64,000 nt of DNA from the NCBI GenBank assembly GCA_951406725.2, contig OX597826.1, positions 74,028,001-74,092,000 on the forward strand, written 5' to 3'. This document shows, piece after piece, positions 63,666-64,000 of the stretch. Under the pieces are notes generated by a model that was not told the DNA's origin, did not search any database, and was given only the letters and a program-made list of their open reading frames with translations. Position numbers and translations under genes: made by a program. The DNA comes from Octopus vulgaris. Taxonomy: Eukaryota. The stretch's first letter is position 1; each line of letters opens with the position of its first letter.

Positions 63666-64000
63666 TTTTAATTGTATGCTTAATATAATACCAAACAACA
63701 ACACAATTACACATCAAAGGCAGGCATCGATCAAAGGTACAACAGTACACAACTATCTGGCAGAATCGTTAGCACGCCGGGCGAAATGCTTAGCGGTATT
63801 TCGTCCGTCTTCACGTTCTGAGTTCAAATTCCGCCGAGGTCGACTTTGCCTTTCATCCTTTCTGGGTCGATAAATTAAGTACCAGTTACGCACTGGGGTC
63901 GATATAATCGCCTTAATACCTATGTCTGTTCTTGTTTGCCCCCTCTATGTTTAGCCCCTTGTGGGTAATAAAGAAATAGATATGCTACTGTATACGGCCC

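Overview
Eukaryotic, AT-rich, repeat-dense genomic DNA. The SINE, MITE and LINE repertoire points to a coleoid cephalopod, most likely Octopus (inference from recognised repeat families; no database was searched). The only protein-coding gene I can support is a minus-strand, intron-containing TAF7 (TFIID subunit 7). Six exons with canonical GT-AG sites and consistent phases lie between 61426 and 43277 and encode 269 aa; the first coding exon is probably beyond the right edge. A CpG-rich, repeat-poor zone at about 32.5-35.4 kb looks like the promoter and 5' non-coding exon(s) of a second minus-strand gene. Its long first intron probably fills 1-32.5 kb, and I found no coding exon for it. The rest is mobile DNA: tRNA-derived and RTE-tailed SINEs, a full-length dead mariner, TTAA-flanked and hAT MITEs, Helitrons, and CR1/RTE/HERO-like LINE remnants. 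Items most worth follow-up: minimal Penelope-type hammerhead-like motifs; four short copies templated from DNA 0.7-2.1 kb away and mostly pasted into repeats; and a TAF7 that appears to stop before the usual C-terminal coiled coil and carries a putative 3'UTR intron. Nearly all listed ORFs are spurious repeat readthroughs. Repeat boundaries are approximate unless a TSD or TIR is quoted. SINE-A to SINE-F are my working labels.
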